This document shows positions 1-8,120 of a stretch of DNA of 64,000 bases, in pieces. Position 1 is the first letter of the stretch. Each line of letters starts with the position of its first letter. Below the pieces are notes generated by a model. That model was given only the letters and a program-made list of their open reading frames with translations, did no database searches and was not told the DNA's origin. The DNA comes from Gemmatimonadota bacterium. GTDB taxonomy: Bacteria; Gemmatimonadota; Gemmatimonadetes; Gemmatimonadales; GWC2-71-9. The stretch covers positions 5,232 through 69,231 of the forward strand of contig JADJPD010000018.1 of NCBI GenBank assembly GCA_016713435.1. Reading direction: 5' to 3'. Position numbers and translations under genes: made by a program.

Positions 1-2
1 TG

Positions 3-1223
3 GTGCCGGCGTTGAAAGACGAGATCGGCCAGGGCACCGGCCGGCGGGCGCGGCTCCAGTCGGCGCTGGTGGTGGCCCAGGTGGCGCTCTCGCTGGTGAC
101 CCTGGTGGCGGCCGGCCTCTTCCTCCGGAGCCTCGACGGCTACCGCTCCATGGACACCGGCATGCACGGCACCGACCGGGTGCTGCTGGTGAGCACCGAC
201 CTCCGCCTGACAGGGATGGTGGGGGACAGCCTGCAGGTGAGCCTGGTCGAGCGCCTCCTCGAGCGGGTGCGCGCCCTCCCCGGCGTCGAGGCCGCCGCCG
301 TGGCGCGTGCCGTGGTGCTCGGCCCCGGCCCCCTCAGCACCTCGGCCATGACCGTGGACGGCTACACCCCCGCGCCCAACGAGAGCATGCAGGTGAGCCA
401 GAACGTCGTCTCCGGCGACTACTTCCGCACCACGGGCATCGCGGTGCGCGATGGCCGGGACTTCGGGCCCGCCGACCTGGCCGGCGCCGCGCCCGTCGCC
501 ATCGTCAACGAGGCCTTCGTTAACCGCTACCTGGCCGGCCGCGTCGCGCTCGGCGCCCGCATCGACATCTCCGGCACCGGCCCGGTGACCATCGTCGGCG
601 TCGTGGCCACGAGCAAGTACGACGACTACACGGAAAGCCCCAAGCCGGTGGTGTTCCGGCCGTACGCGCCGGGGTCCGCACCGCCGGGCTTCTCGGTGCA
701 CGTCCGGACGGTCGGGGACCCGCTGGCGCTCACCTCCGCCGTGCGCGGGGCGTTCAGCGAGGCGGGGGCCGCGCTGCCGTTCCTCGACCCGCGGGTCATG
801 GCCGAGTACAACACCCTGCCCTACTTCCCGCAGCGGGTCGGCGCCATCATGCTCGCCGCCATCGGGGGCCTCGCGCTGCTGCTCGCGGCCATCGGGATCT
901 ACGGCGTCATGGCCTACACGGTGAGCCGCCGCACGCGCGAGATCGGGGTCCGCATCGCCCTCGGGGCGGCCCCCGGGGACGTCGTCGGCCTCATCCTCGG
1001 GCGCGCCGCCAGCCTGATCGGGCTCGGGCTCCTGCTCGGCGGCACGGCGGCGCTCGGCGTGGGCCAGCTCCTCCAGAGCCAGCTCTACGGCGTGAGCCCC
1101 CGGGATCCGGTGACCTTCGGCGGGATCTTCCTGCTGCTCTCGCTGGTAGGACTCGGCGCCACCTGGTGGCCGGCCCGGCGGGCGGCCCGGGTGGATCCGG
1201 TGGTGGCGCTGCGGCAGAGTTAG
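3..1223 (+). CDS. ADOP/FtsX(MacB)-type permease, C-terminal part (5' end lies outside the window)
   Basis: The ORF is open to the window edge. It has a C-terminal FtsX-like TM bundle with motif RRTREIGVRIALGA and tail ARVDPVVALRQS. Same family as 33737-36348. Confidence 0.85.
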   Translation: MPALKDEIGQGTGRRARLQSALVVAQVALSLVTLVAAGLFLRSLDGYRSMDTGMHGTDRVLLVSTDLRLTGMVGDSLQVSLVERLLERVRALPGVEAAAVARAVVLGPGPLSTSAMTVDGYTPAPNESMQVSQNVVSGDYFRTTGIAVRDGRDFGPADLAGAAPVAIVNEAFVNRYLAGRVALGARIDISGTGPVTIVGVVATSKYDDYTESPKPVVFRPYAPGSAPPGFSVHVRTVGDPLALTSAVRGAFSEAGAALPFLDPRVMAEYNTLPYFPQRVGAIMLAAIGGLALLLAAIGIYGVMAYTVSRRTREIGVRIALGAAPGDVVGLILGRAASLIGLGLLLGGTAALGVGQLLQSQLYGVSPRDPVTFGGIFLLLSLVGLGATWWPARRAARVDPVVALRQS

Positions 1224-1234
1224 GCGCGAGGAGG

Positions 1235-1251
1235 GGCCGGGCGCTCCGGCC
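1235..1251. terminator. short GC hairpin between convergent genes (possible terminator)
   Basis: ggccgg-gcgct-ccggcc gives a 6-bp stem between the stop at 1223 and the stop at 1274. There is no U-run. Confidence 0.2.
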
Positions 1252-1273
1252 TGCGCGGCTGGGCCGCCGCACC

Positions 1274-2317
1274 CTAGCACCCCGGATTCCACACCGCCGG
1301 CTGCGCCGTGAACACCGAGCCGAGTTCCCACACGGTGCCCACCACCAGCCCGCAGTCCGTGACCCCTGACCCGAACGACGCCCGCCACATGCTGCCCGAC
1401 GGGAACGGCAGCCAGGTGATCCGCCCGCTCCTGTCGGCGATGAAGCCGATGGTGGTCTGCGGCCAGGTCGTGGCGGCGCCCCAGTCCGTGCCCACCGCCA
1501 GCGCGCCGCCCGGGCTCACCGCCTCGGCCTGGGACGCCCCGGCCGTCGCGTACCACCCCGCGTGATCCGGCTTGCCAAAGGAGGCCCGCCCCGTCGTGAC
1601 GCCCACCACGCCGAGCCAGCCATCGAGGTCCAGCCCGTCAATGCCGCCGCCGACCACCTGCACCGTCCACCCCGTCGCGCCCCGGCGCCAGAGCACCGTG
1701 TACACGATGCCCTTCAGGTCCTCGGCCGTGCCCAGGATGACTTCCTCGTTGTTGATGGCGCGGGCGGTGGTCCTCCGGCCGCCGGGGAGGGTGGGCAGGA
1801 GGACCAGGCTGCCGGCGGGCGCGTCCCAGGCGAAGGCGCGGTCCCGGCCCCGGCGCAGCACGGTGCCGACGACCATGCCCCGGTCGTTCACGTCCACGGC
1901 CTCTCCGCTGTCGGGGAGCACCACGGGGGTCGCGCCGAAGGAGGTCCAGACGGCGGGCGAGAGGTCCACCCACGCGCAGCAGTTCGGGGAGACCCCGCCG
2001 ACGATGATCCCGCTGTTATTGACGGCCAGCGCCCTGGCGATGCGGCCCGGCCCGCTGGCCATGAAGTGCATCGGCCCCCCCTGGGGCAGCGCGATGGCGC
2101 CGCCGTTGCCCATGCCGACGGCGAGGTTGGCACGGTTGACGTCCGCGAACCAGCCGTCCACGGGGTACACGGCGACGGTGAAGCTGCCGGGCAGCGGGAC
2201 CCGGGCCGCCGCGGGGGGCGGGAGGTCCGGGGTCCCGGGCTCGACGGCGGAGTCGGGGGCACAGGCGGCGCAGAGGGCCAGGAGCGCGAGCAGGGTGGTG
2301 CTCGAGGGGTGGCGCAT
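1274..2317 (-). CDS. secreted/lipoprotein HAF-type extracellular repeat protein
   Basis: Signal peptide with lipobox-like LLALCAAC. Repeated motifs AVNNSGIIVGG, DVNDRGMVVGT and AINNEEVILGT resemble the HAF repeat. Confidence 0.7.
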   Translation of the reverse strand: MRHPSSTTLLALLALCAACAPDSAVEPGTPDLPPPAAARVPLPGSFTVAVYPVDGWFADVNRANLAVGMGNGGAIALPQGGPMHFMASGPGRIARALAVNNSGIIVGGVSPNCCAWVDLSPAVWTSFGATPVVLPDSGEAVDVNDRGMVVGTVLRRGRDRAFAWDAPAGSLVLLPTLPGGRRTTARAINNEEVILGTAEDLKGIVYTVLWRRGATGWTVQVVGGGIDGLDLDGWLGVVGVTTGRASFGKPDHAGWYATAGASQAEAVSPGGALAVGTDWGAATTWPQTTIGFIADRSGRITWLPFPSGSMWRASFGSGVTDCGLVVGTVWELGSVFTAQPAVWNPGC

Positions 2318-2399
2318 GGGTGGCTCGCGGTGGGGGGTCAGGAGAGGGACGCGGCAGGCGGGCCCGGGCTCTCAGACGGGCGCCTCGCGTCGGACTTTG

Positions 2400-2775
2400 G
2401 CCTCAGTCCCCTCCCCCGCCGTCCTCCCTGAGCACCTCCCCGCAGCATCCGCTCCGGATGCTCCAGGAACGCCCGCGTGACCTGGAAGTGCTCCGTCTCC
2501 CGGTACGCCACCTCCCGCGACGGGGACAGGGCCTCCGGCTCGTCGAAGAGGTAGAAGCCGTTCCCGTGGAGCCGGTGGAGCACCAGCGCCAGGAACGACT
2601 CGCCGTGCGACTGCTCGTGGAGCGACCGCCCGCCGCCGGCGTCCGGGTCGTAGGCGTGCCGCGCCTCGGGGTTCTCGAGCACCGTGGCGAGGTTGTAAAA
2701 GCTCTCGGCGCGGAGGAAAAAGCTGTCAGTGGGGGCCGGGGGTGCGGGTGAGCGTCAGGTGCCTGAAGAGCCGCG
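2400..2775 (-). pseudogene. truncated, internally deleted duplicate of the AAA ATPase gene at 9210-9971
   Basis: Near-identical nucleotides to about 9215-9716 in the same orientation. Peptide NPEARHAYDP.AGGGRSLHEQSHGESFLALVLHRL and REVAYRETEHFQVTRAFLEHPERML are retained. Walker A is missing. An in-frame deletion of about 132 nt removes the ATHSP region. Confidence 0.8.
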
Positions 2776-2833
2776 CCAGGCCTCGCGTCGCGTGCCCCCC
2801 AGCTCACCGCCCTCACGTCCACGATCGTCGTGG

Positions 2834-3463
2834 TTACGGCAAACAGCGAGATCGTGGTCTCGGCAGGCCCCGGCAACGATCTGTTCGATGGCACGGGCGA
2901 TCTTGCGGGCCCCTGCCGACGAGGGCTCGATCTCCTGGACGAAGTCGCTGTCCCCCGTGCAGACGCCCGGAGGTCAAGTACCCTCGACCTGGGCGCGGAG
3001 GCGCTTCGCGGACGATCTGGTCGTTGAGCAAGTTCCGCGGCACCTTGGCCAGTCGCGCGCCGTGACCGGGCCTGTCAGCGGGGGTCGTAGATGGTGCAGG
3101 GCAATCAGGCGGTCGACCCGTGGCTTCAGGTCCGCCAATACGCGCCGGTACTTCCCTGAAGTCAGCGGTGATACTGGCCAGCCGATCCAGGACCCTCTGC
3201 TGTGGAAGAGGCACGCTCTTCCAGGATGCCGATGTGCTCCGTGGCATCATTCCCGCCAATGCTGAGGACGCCCACCGAGGTGCCAAGGCGAGATGGCCGA
3301 CCTGAAACCGCAGGTCGGCCATGGTCGCACCGTCCCGGGCGAGAAGATCGACGATCCACGCCTGGCCCAGCGCCCGCTGGAGGCACTCCGTCGTGTCCGG
3401 CTCGGGCGCTGTATACGGGCTATTGTCGAGGATGGAATCGCCGAGGAGCGCTAGCCGCTGCAT
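2834..3463 (-). pseudogene. SGNH/GDSL hydrolase, multiply frameshifted (distal cassette)
   Basis: Block I LALLGDSILDNS is in frame 1, VLSIGGNDA in frame 2, and the C-terminal DFVQEIEPSSAGARKIARAIEQIV in frame 3. The TAA stop lies inside GTTAC at 2834. Confidence 0.6.
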
Positions 3464-3487
3464 CGAAAGGTCGGGAGAGGGTTAGCC

Positions 3488-3612
3488 GCATAACGCCCGC
3501 TCATGAGTAGCGCGGCGCGGCACGATGTGGAGAACTTACCCTGGCACGCCCGGCGTGCCAGCCGGTAGAGACTGGGCGGACGCGCCACGACTATTCCCTT
3601 TTTTTGTTAGGT
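3488..3612 (-). repeat. attC-like site B (one arm degenerate)
   Basis: GCATAAC at 3488 and GTTAGGT at 3606. The interior aligns with site A (taacgcccgc.catga, gcggcgcgg, cgcgcc.cgact). The L-prime arm is replaced by a T-run. Confidence 0.4.
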
Positions 3613-3986
3613 TGCCGTTGGCATGGCCGGGTGCCGCGGCGCCCGCGGTTGCTCAGGCAGCGACGCCGAGGACGGTCAGTACCGGATGGTTCCGTCGGGC
3701 AGCCGCTGAAAGTGATAGAATGGCTTGACTCAAGCGGAGTCGGTAACGAGGACCAACAGTCCACGCTGAGATGGAGAGTTCCATCGTGATCCTCCTTGTG
3801 GCAGTCGACGACCCACTCGGCTGTACCGTGAGGAAGAGCGCGGGTGAGCGGCGCTTGGTGCTCAAGGGGGCGGCGCAGATCCTCAACCGGCCACCGCTCA
3901 ACCTCCGCTCCGACCTGGTTGGTGAGCTGCCGGAGAAGCGCGTAGTTAGCGGTTCGCTGCAGAAACAGGCGCTGGAGGACTCTCAC
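3591..3986 (-). CDS. hypothetical cassette protein
   Basis: ORF sits between attC-like sites C and B. The 3' end runs into site B. No recognisable domain. Confidence 0.35.
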   Translation of the reverse strand: MRVLQRLFLQRTANYALLRQLTNQVGAEVERWPVEDLRRPLEHQAPLTRALPHGTAEWVVDCHKEDHDGTLHLSVDCWSSLPTPLESSHSITFSGCPTEPSGTDRPRRRCLSNRGRRGTRPCQRQPNKKRE

Positions 3987-4065
3987 GAGGCCTACGGTTG
4001 CCGACTAGTGGGGCGTGTCACGAAGCGCACGCGGTTGGCCGGGCCCTCAGGAGTACGAGCGTGGG

Positions 4066-4191
4066 GCCTAACGACCCCGCATAAGCTGCGGCCCGAGGCT
4101 CGTTCGCGCAAGCGAACGGGCCGACGAGCGCGGGTGCTTGGAGCTGCGCCAACCGATGGCCGAGGACGCCAGCTTCATGCGGTGGTTAGGC
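4066..4191 (-). repeat. attC-like site C (best example)
   Basis: GCCTAAC-GACCCCGCATAAGCTG...CAGCTTCATGCGGTG-GTTAGGC. The outer 7-mers are perfectly complementary. The inner arms pair with bulged bases. There is a central hairpin tcgttcgc-gcaa-gcgaacg. Confidence 0.65.
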
Positions 4192-4210
4192 CGCGAGCGG
4201 GCGGCGCACG

Positions 4211-4669
4211 TCATGACGGGTACCGAAGGTCCCGGCGCGCCCGCTCACCGGCACGAACTCCGCGCTCATAGGCCGCGAGTGCGGTCGCTCTCCTACGTAC
4301 GGCACGATCGTTGTGTCCAAGGCGCTCCCGAACATCATCCCAGAAGGCTGCAGAGCCGATGGCTGCCATGGCGCGCGCCATGGCGGTGAACTCGCGTGTA
4401 ATCCGGCGATGAAGGTAATCCACTGCGGCTGTCTCGAGACGTGCCTGCTGTTCGCGGGACAAAGCCGCTCGAGCCAGTCTGCGCCAGATGGCCTCCTTCC
4501 GATAGCCGGACCTGAAGTACCTGGGATCCTCCGCGAGGAAGGCTATGGCCGGATCGATGGCAGGATCGTTTTGGCGCACTTGCACCTCGACGGCCCACAT
4601 ATCGGCCCATCGAATGGCTGTGTCCAACTCGGCTTTCTGAGCGGCGGCGGAAGGGCGATAGTGGCGCAT
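4211..4669 (-). CDS. hypothetical cassette protein
   Basis: Intact 152-aa ORF. The stop is 20 nt from site C and the start is 28 nt from site E. Helical and Arg-rich, with no recognised domain. Confidence 0.5.
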   Translation of the reverse strand: MRHYRPSAAAQKAELDTAIRWADMWAVEVQVRQNDPAIDPAIAFLAEDPRYFRSGYRKEAIWRRLARAALSREQQARLETAAVDYLHRRITREFTAMARAMAAIGSAAFWDDVRERLGHNDRAVRRRATALAAYERGVRAGERARRDLRYPS

Positions 4670-4696
4670 CGAGGTGGCAAGAGCTATTGCGAGCCG

Positions 4697-4836
4697 GTCT
4701 AACGGTCTTCAGCGTCAGCTGCGGGGCATCGTGCCCCGTGTGAGATAACGTACGTTTCTTTGAACCACACCGCGACTTCACGCACCACGGGCGGTCGCTC
4801 CCTTACCGCCCCGGCTGCTGCACGCCCACGTTGGCC
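4697..4836 (-). repeat. attC-like site E
   Basis: GTCTAAC at 4697 and GTTGGCC at 4830. The arms ggtcttcagcgtcagctgcgg and ccggctgctgcacgcccac are partly complementary. It shares an internal core (gtgtgagataacgtacgtt) with site F. Confidence 0.45.
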
Positions 4837-4845
4837 CGCAACCTT

Positions 4846-5324
4846 TCACACCAGGCCAGGCCCGCGACCGTTCTTGACGACCCGTCCCGCGTTCAACGGC
4901 GAGCCGGCTGCCTCCCGGCAGGAAGATCGTCCACGACGCTGCCCGTCTGCGGTCATGAAAGTGGTGAGCCACCGCTTCCCGGTCAGGCCCACCACGAACC
5001 CGGCAGCCGACCGGTCAGCGCAATCTCTTCGATCTGGAGATCCTGCAGGCGCTGGATCCCGAGGTCCAGCTTTCGCTCCGCGCTCCAGCTCCCGAAGCTG
5101 ATGGCGCGGAGACGCTCGACGGGCCAACTCCACGCGACCATGATGCTGGCCTGGCCGCGGGGATGCGGAGCAGCTGGAGCAGGAGTACGCCGAAGGCGTG
5201 ACAACTCCAGGAAGACGGCGGAGCCGTATCCGCGCCAAGGATACGAGACCGGGAGACCGGTCAGGGGTTCTACCAGCCGTGCGAAGGTCGTCGCATCGAT
5301 GCTGGGGCTGCGGGCTGATGGCAC
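4846..5324 (-). pseudogene. hypothetical cassette protein with apparent frameshift
   Basis: ORF 4983..5324 (IDATTFARLVEPLTG...WSWPVERLRAISFGSWS...IEEIALTGRLP) appears to continue in another frame (GLTGKRWLTTFMTADGQ) to a stop at 4846, 10 nt from site E. Confidence 0.4.
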
Positions 5325-5346
5325 TAGCTCGAGGTTCGGAGTTACG

Positions 5347-5472
5347 GGCTAACGCCCGCGCATGACCTGCAGGGCCGCGGCGCGGTCTGGGAACTGTACC
5401 GCCCGACGTCTGGCTGTGCCGGCTTGAGACAACCGATGGCCGCGCCCCGACTGGTCCATGCGCTGGTTACCT
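5347..5472 (-). repeat. attC-like site A
   Basis: GGCTAAC-GCCCGCGCATGACC...GGTCCATGCGCTG-GTTACCT. The arms are complementary with bulges. The TAA stop of the upstream ORF lies in GTTAC. Confidence 0.55.
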
Positions 5473-5928
5473 GGCATGTCGGGGCGGATATGGAGGAATC
5501 CAGAACTGCCACCACTTCTTGTTCTTGTACGCCTCTGCCATGGCCCGGAGGCTCTCCTCGCTCTCGCGAAGGTCGGCGCGCAGCTTGACGAGGAAGTCGG
5601 CGAAAGTGGCCGCATAGGGGTGGGTGTGTTTCGATTCAACCTCCAATACCAGGACGGCCCCGCTTGGATGGGAACAGTCCATCACGAACAATTCTTCGCC
5701 GCCATCACCGCCGATGATCAGGTGGTGTGGAGGCCATGGGCGACCATTGAGGACTGTGGCTCGTATCTGGCGATTTGTCTTCGAGGACGAGCCTCGGGTT
5801 ACTCACGAGCCAGAGATCCGTGGCATAGGAGTCTGGCGGAAAGGGAAGGCGAGCATCGCCTGCCGGTAGGGCTCCGGCAGCACGAGGTCCAGCTCTCGCT
5901 CCATGTGCTCCAAGTCGGCAGGAGTCAT
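5467..5928 (-). pseudogene. SMI1/KNR4-like protein interrupted by one in-frame TGA (5803-5805)
   Basis: N-terminal MTPADLEHMERELDLVLPEPYRQAML and C-terminal HLIIGGDGGEELFVMDCSHPSGAVLVLEVE...FADFLVKL are in the same frame, separated only by a TGA. Confidence 0.55.
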
Positions 5929-5951
5929 AAGGATCGGCAAGAGGGCATGGC

Positions 5952-6047
5952 AGCTAACGTGCGAGTTCAGCCGCCCCCGAGGAGCGTAGCGAGGAGGGAA
6001 CCGGCAAGCAACGCGTGCCCGCGGTCGGCTGCAACGCCGGGTTAGGC
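5952..6047 (-). repeat. attC-like site D
   Basis: AGCTAAC-GTGCGAGTTCAGCCG...CGGCTGCAACGCCGG-GTTAGGC. The next ORF start (5928) is 24 nt beyond the low-coordinate end. Confidence 0.55.
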
Positions 6048-6202
6048 CCCTCAGCCGTCCACACTGACATGCTTCACGAGGGCATCTCCCGCAATGCCAC
6101 GGCCCCTCGGACCAGGAAGATTTCCACTGCCCAGCGCACAATCGCCCATCTCATCATAGCATACCCTATTGCATTGCCTAGACCGAGGCATAGAGCAGTT
6201 CA

Positions 6203-6640
6203 CTAGAGCCGTCCACCCTTGACAAGCCAGAGCGTGATCATCGTAGCGACCCACATAGCGACAACCACTGCGATGACCGTTGTTCCCTGGGATGCCTCGA
6301 AGAGTCGGTCCTCAATGTTCCCGGCAACGGCAATCTCGGGGTTTCGGGCAAAGTATGTGACGATGAATGAATCCCCAACTTGGATATCTTCGAATCGCGG
6401 GTTTCCCGCGCCTGCGTAACCCTTCCCTCGATACGTTTTGCCGCCCGCTTCAAACTCGTAGTCGATATACCGGTGGTCCGACGGTCGCTTCCCGAGCACT
6501 CGCGCCGCTGCGGTGCGAGGCTCACGGGCGATGGTCTCATACGTAGCACGCGGCGAGCGGCTTGAGAAGATCCAAGAGATGATCACGGCACAGAGTGCCC
6601 ATACAGTGAATCTCCGGAAGCCAGCCATGAGCATCTGCAT
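6203..6640 (-). CDS. DUF3592-like membrane protein (cassette)
   Basis: Internal ATG at 6640. N-terminal TM, beta-rich core HRYIDYEFEAGGKTYRGKGY...VGDSFIVTYF, then a C-terminal TM. Confidence 0.6.
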   Translation of the reverse strand: MQMLMAGFRRFTVWALCAVIISWIFSSRSPRATYETIAREPRTAAARVLGKRPSDHRYIDYEFEAGGKTYRGKGYAGAGNPRFEDIQVGDSFIVTYFARNPEIAVAGNIEDRLFEASQGTTVIAVVVAMWVATMITLWLVKGGRL

Positions 6641-6654
6641 TGAGCCGGACCCCT

Positions 6655-6770
6655 CGGGGAGGAGTGCCCAGTGTGAGATAACGTACGTTCTTTGTGAACA
6701 CTCCGCGACCCGAGGCGCCACGGACGGTTGCACATCACGCGCGCCGACTGCTGCACGCCATAGGTGGATG
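6655..6770 (-). repeat. partial/degenerate attC-like site F
   Basis: Aligns with the interior and high-coordinate arm of site E (gtgtgagataacgtacgttctttg, ccgactgctgcacgcc). GTT is mutated to GGT and the low-coordinate arm is missing. Confidence 0.3.
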
Positions 6771-6896
6771 GCAGCGAGCCGGGATACAATGCTGCATCCC
6801 GAGCCATCGGCGCGGGCAGTTGAGCTGCCCCAGTCTTGATGGACAGCCGGTCAGGGTGCTGGCTCGGGGGCCTGGCCGAGCACCCGGCCCTGGCAC

Positions 6897-7389
6897 TCAA
6901 CTCACCGAGCCTCCGGTGCTGCCGGGGCGGTTCACAGTGCGCACGCAGAAGAGTGCCCACATGAAACCACTCGCCATGGTCCCGAATACTAGCGCGCTCA
7001 TCCAACGATTTCGCACCGCATCCCTAAGAGCCTCCATCGGGTCGTCACTCGTGCTCAGCTCAGGTCGGGAGGCACTATATCGAATCTTGACGGTATCTCC
7101 AGGCACCAGCTGCTCGTAAACGGCGTCCGGTCGCGAACGACACTTCCCGACTGGAATACCGTTGGCCTCCTACCACATAGGCGTATTCGATCGTCCGGTG
7201 TTCATGAGGTATGGTGCGGACGACAATGCCAATGCCCTCTACCCCATCCTTCACGATGGTTTCTTGTGGCAACTCCCTTATTCCAAGCAATGCCCGCAGC
7301 ACAAACACCGCAATGCACCAGAAGGGCGCCAATACACGCTTGCACATGACGCACCCCGCGAAAACCTGGATCAAGGAGAGAAGACCCAC
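6897..7389 (-). pseudogene. DUF3592-like membrane protein, frameshifted (proximal cassette)
   Basis: ORF 7075..7389 (TM, HRTIEYAYVVGGQRYSS) continues in ORF 6897..7106 (PGDTVKIRYSASRPE...TM). The frame change is near 7075-7140. Confidence 0.5.
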
Positions 7390-7526
7390 CGCAACACGCG
7401 GTCCAATAAGATCATTCCGAAGCTAGCGATCTCCTGGCACTCAAGTATCGGAAGCGATAGGAGCCATCGGACGCGACACGCCCGCCAGCTGCAGGCCACC
7501 GGCCCTGGCCGGCTCGCACCGCGGGG

Positions 7527-8120
7527 CTAGTTCCCCGCCCCCTGCAGCGCCCCATTCGCCAGCGCCTGCTCCAGGCCCGACAGGGCCCCCACCCCCTGCC
7601 CCTGCGCCACGATCCGCCCCGTGGCGTCGCGGATCACCACCAGCGGCCGGGTCCAGGTGTCGCCCACCACGATGCCGAGCGGGGAGAGCGCGGCGTCGAG
7701 GCCGCCGGAGCCCCAGTGGCGGACGTGGATGGGCTGGAAGGGCGCCTGGTGCTTCGTCAGGAAGGGGACGATCTCCGCGACATCCTCGTCGGGATCCGTG
7801 GAGTACGCCTGGAAGTCGATGCCCCGCGGCCCGTAGAACCGGGCCAGCGAGCTCAGCTGCGGGAACATCCGCTGGGTGATGGGGCAGCGCGGTCCGTACA
7901 GCACCACGATGGAAGGGCGCCCCATGGGCCGCTGGATGCGCTGGGCGAGCTCGCGCACGGAGATCTGGGTCACGCCCGGCACTTCCGCCGGCCCTCCGTC
8001 CTCAGCGACCTGGGCCTGCGCGGCCACCGGCGCACCCCGCGTGACGAGCGCGGACCGGACCCGGCCCACCAGCACCAGGGCCACCAGCCCAGCCAGGACG
8101 ATGGCCAGCACGATTCGCAT
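7527..8120 (-). CDS. membrane-anchored thioredoxin-fold (TlpA-like) protein with a single Cys in place of CxxC
   Basis: N-terminal anchor IVLAIVLAGLVALVLVG. Thioredoxin-like core IVVLYGPRCPITQ...PLVVIRDATGRIV. Confidence 0.65.
   Translation of the reverse strand: MRIVLAIVLAGLVALVLVGRVRSALVTRGAPVAAQAQVAEDGGPAEVPGVTQISVRELAQRIQRPMGRPSIVVLYGPRCPITQRMFPQLSSLARFYGPRGIDFQAYSTDPDEDVAEIVPFLTKHQAPFQPIHVRHWGSGGLDAALSPLGIVVGDTWTRPLVVIRDATGRIVAQGQGVGALSGLEQALANGALQGAGN

Larger units (their letters stand above)
2776..7525 (-). mobile_element. integron-type gene-cassette array without integrase (CALIN-like)
   Basis: Seven same-strand small ORFs, each followed by an attC-like imperfect palindrome (RYYYAAC...GTTRRRY). 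The ORF start lies 23-28 nt past the repeat end at four junctions. The block is visibly lower in GC than its flanks. No tyrosine recombinase is present in the window. Confidence 0.6.

Noticed and set aside
1562-2480. ORFs 1562..2431(+) and 1572..2480(+) as genes.
   Set aside because: They are antisense to the HAF-repeat lipoprotein gene and have low-complexity translations.
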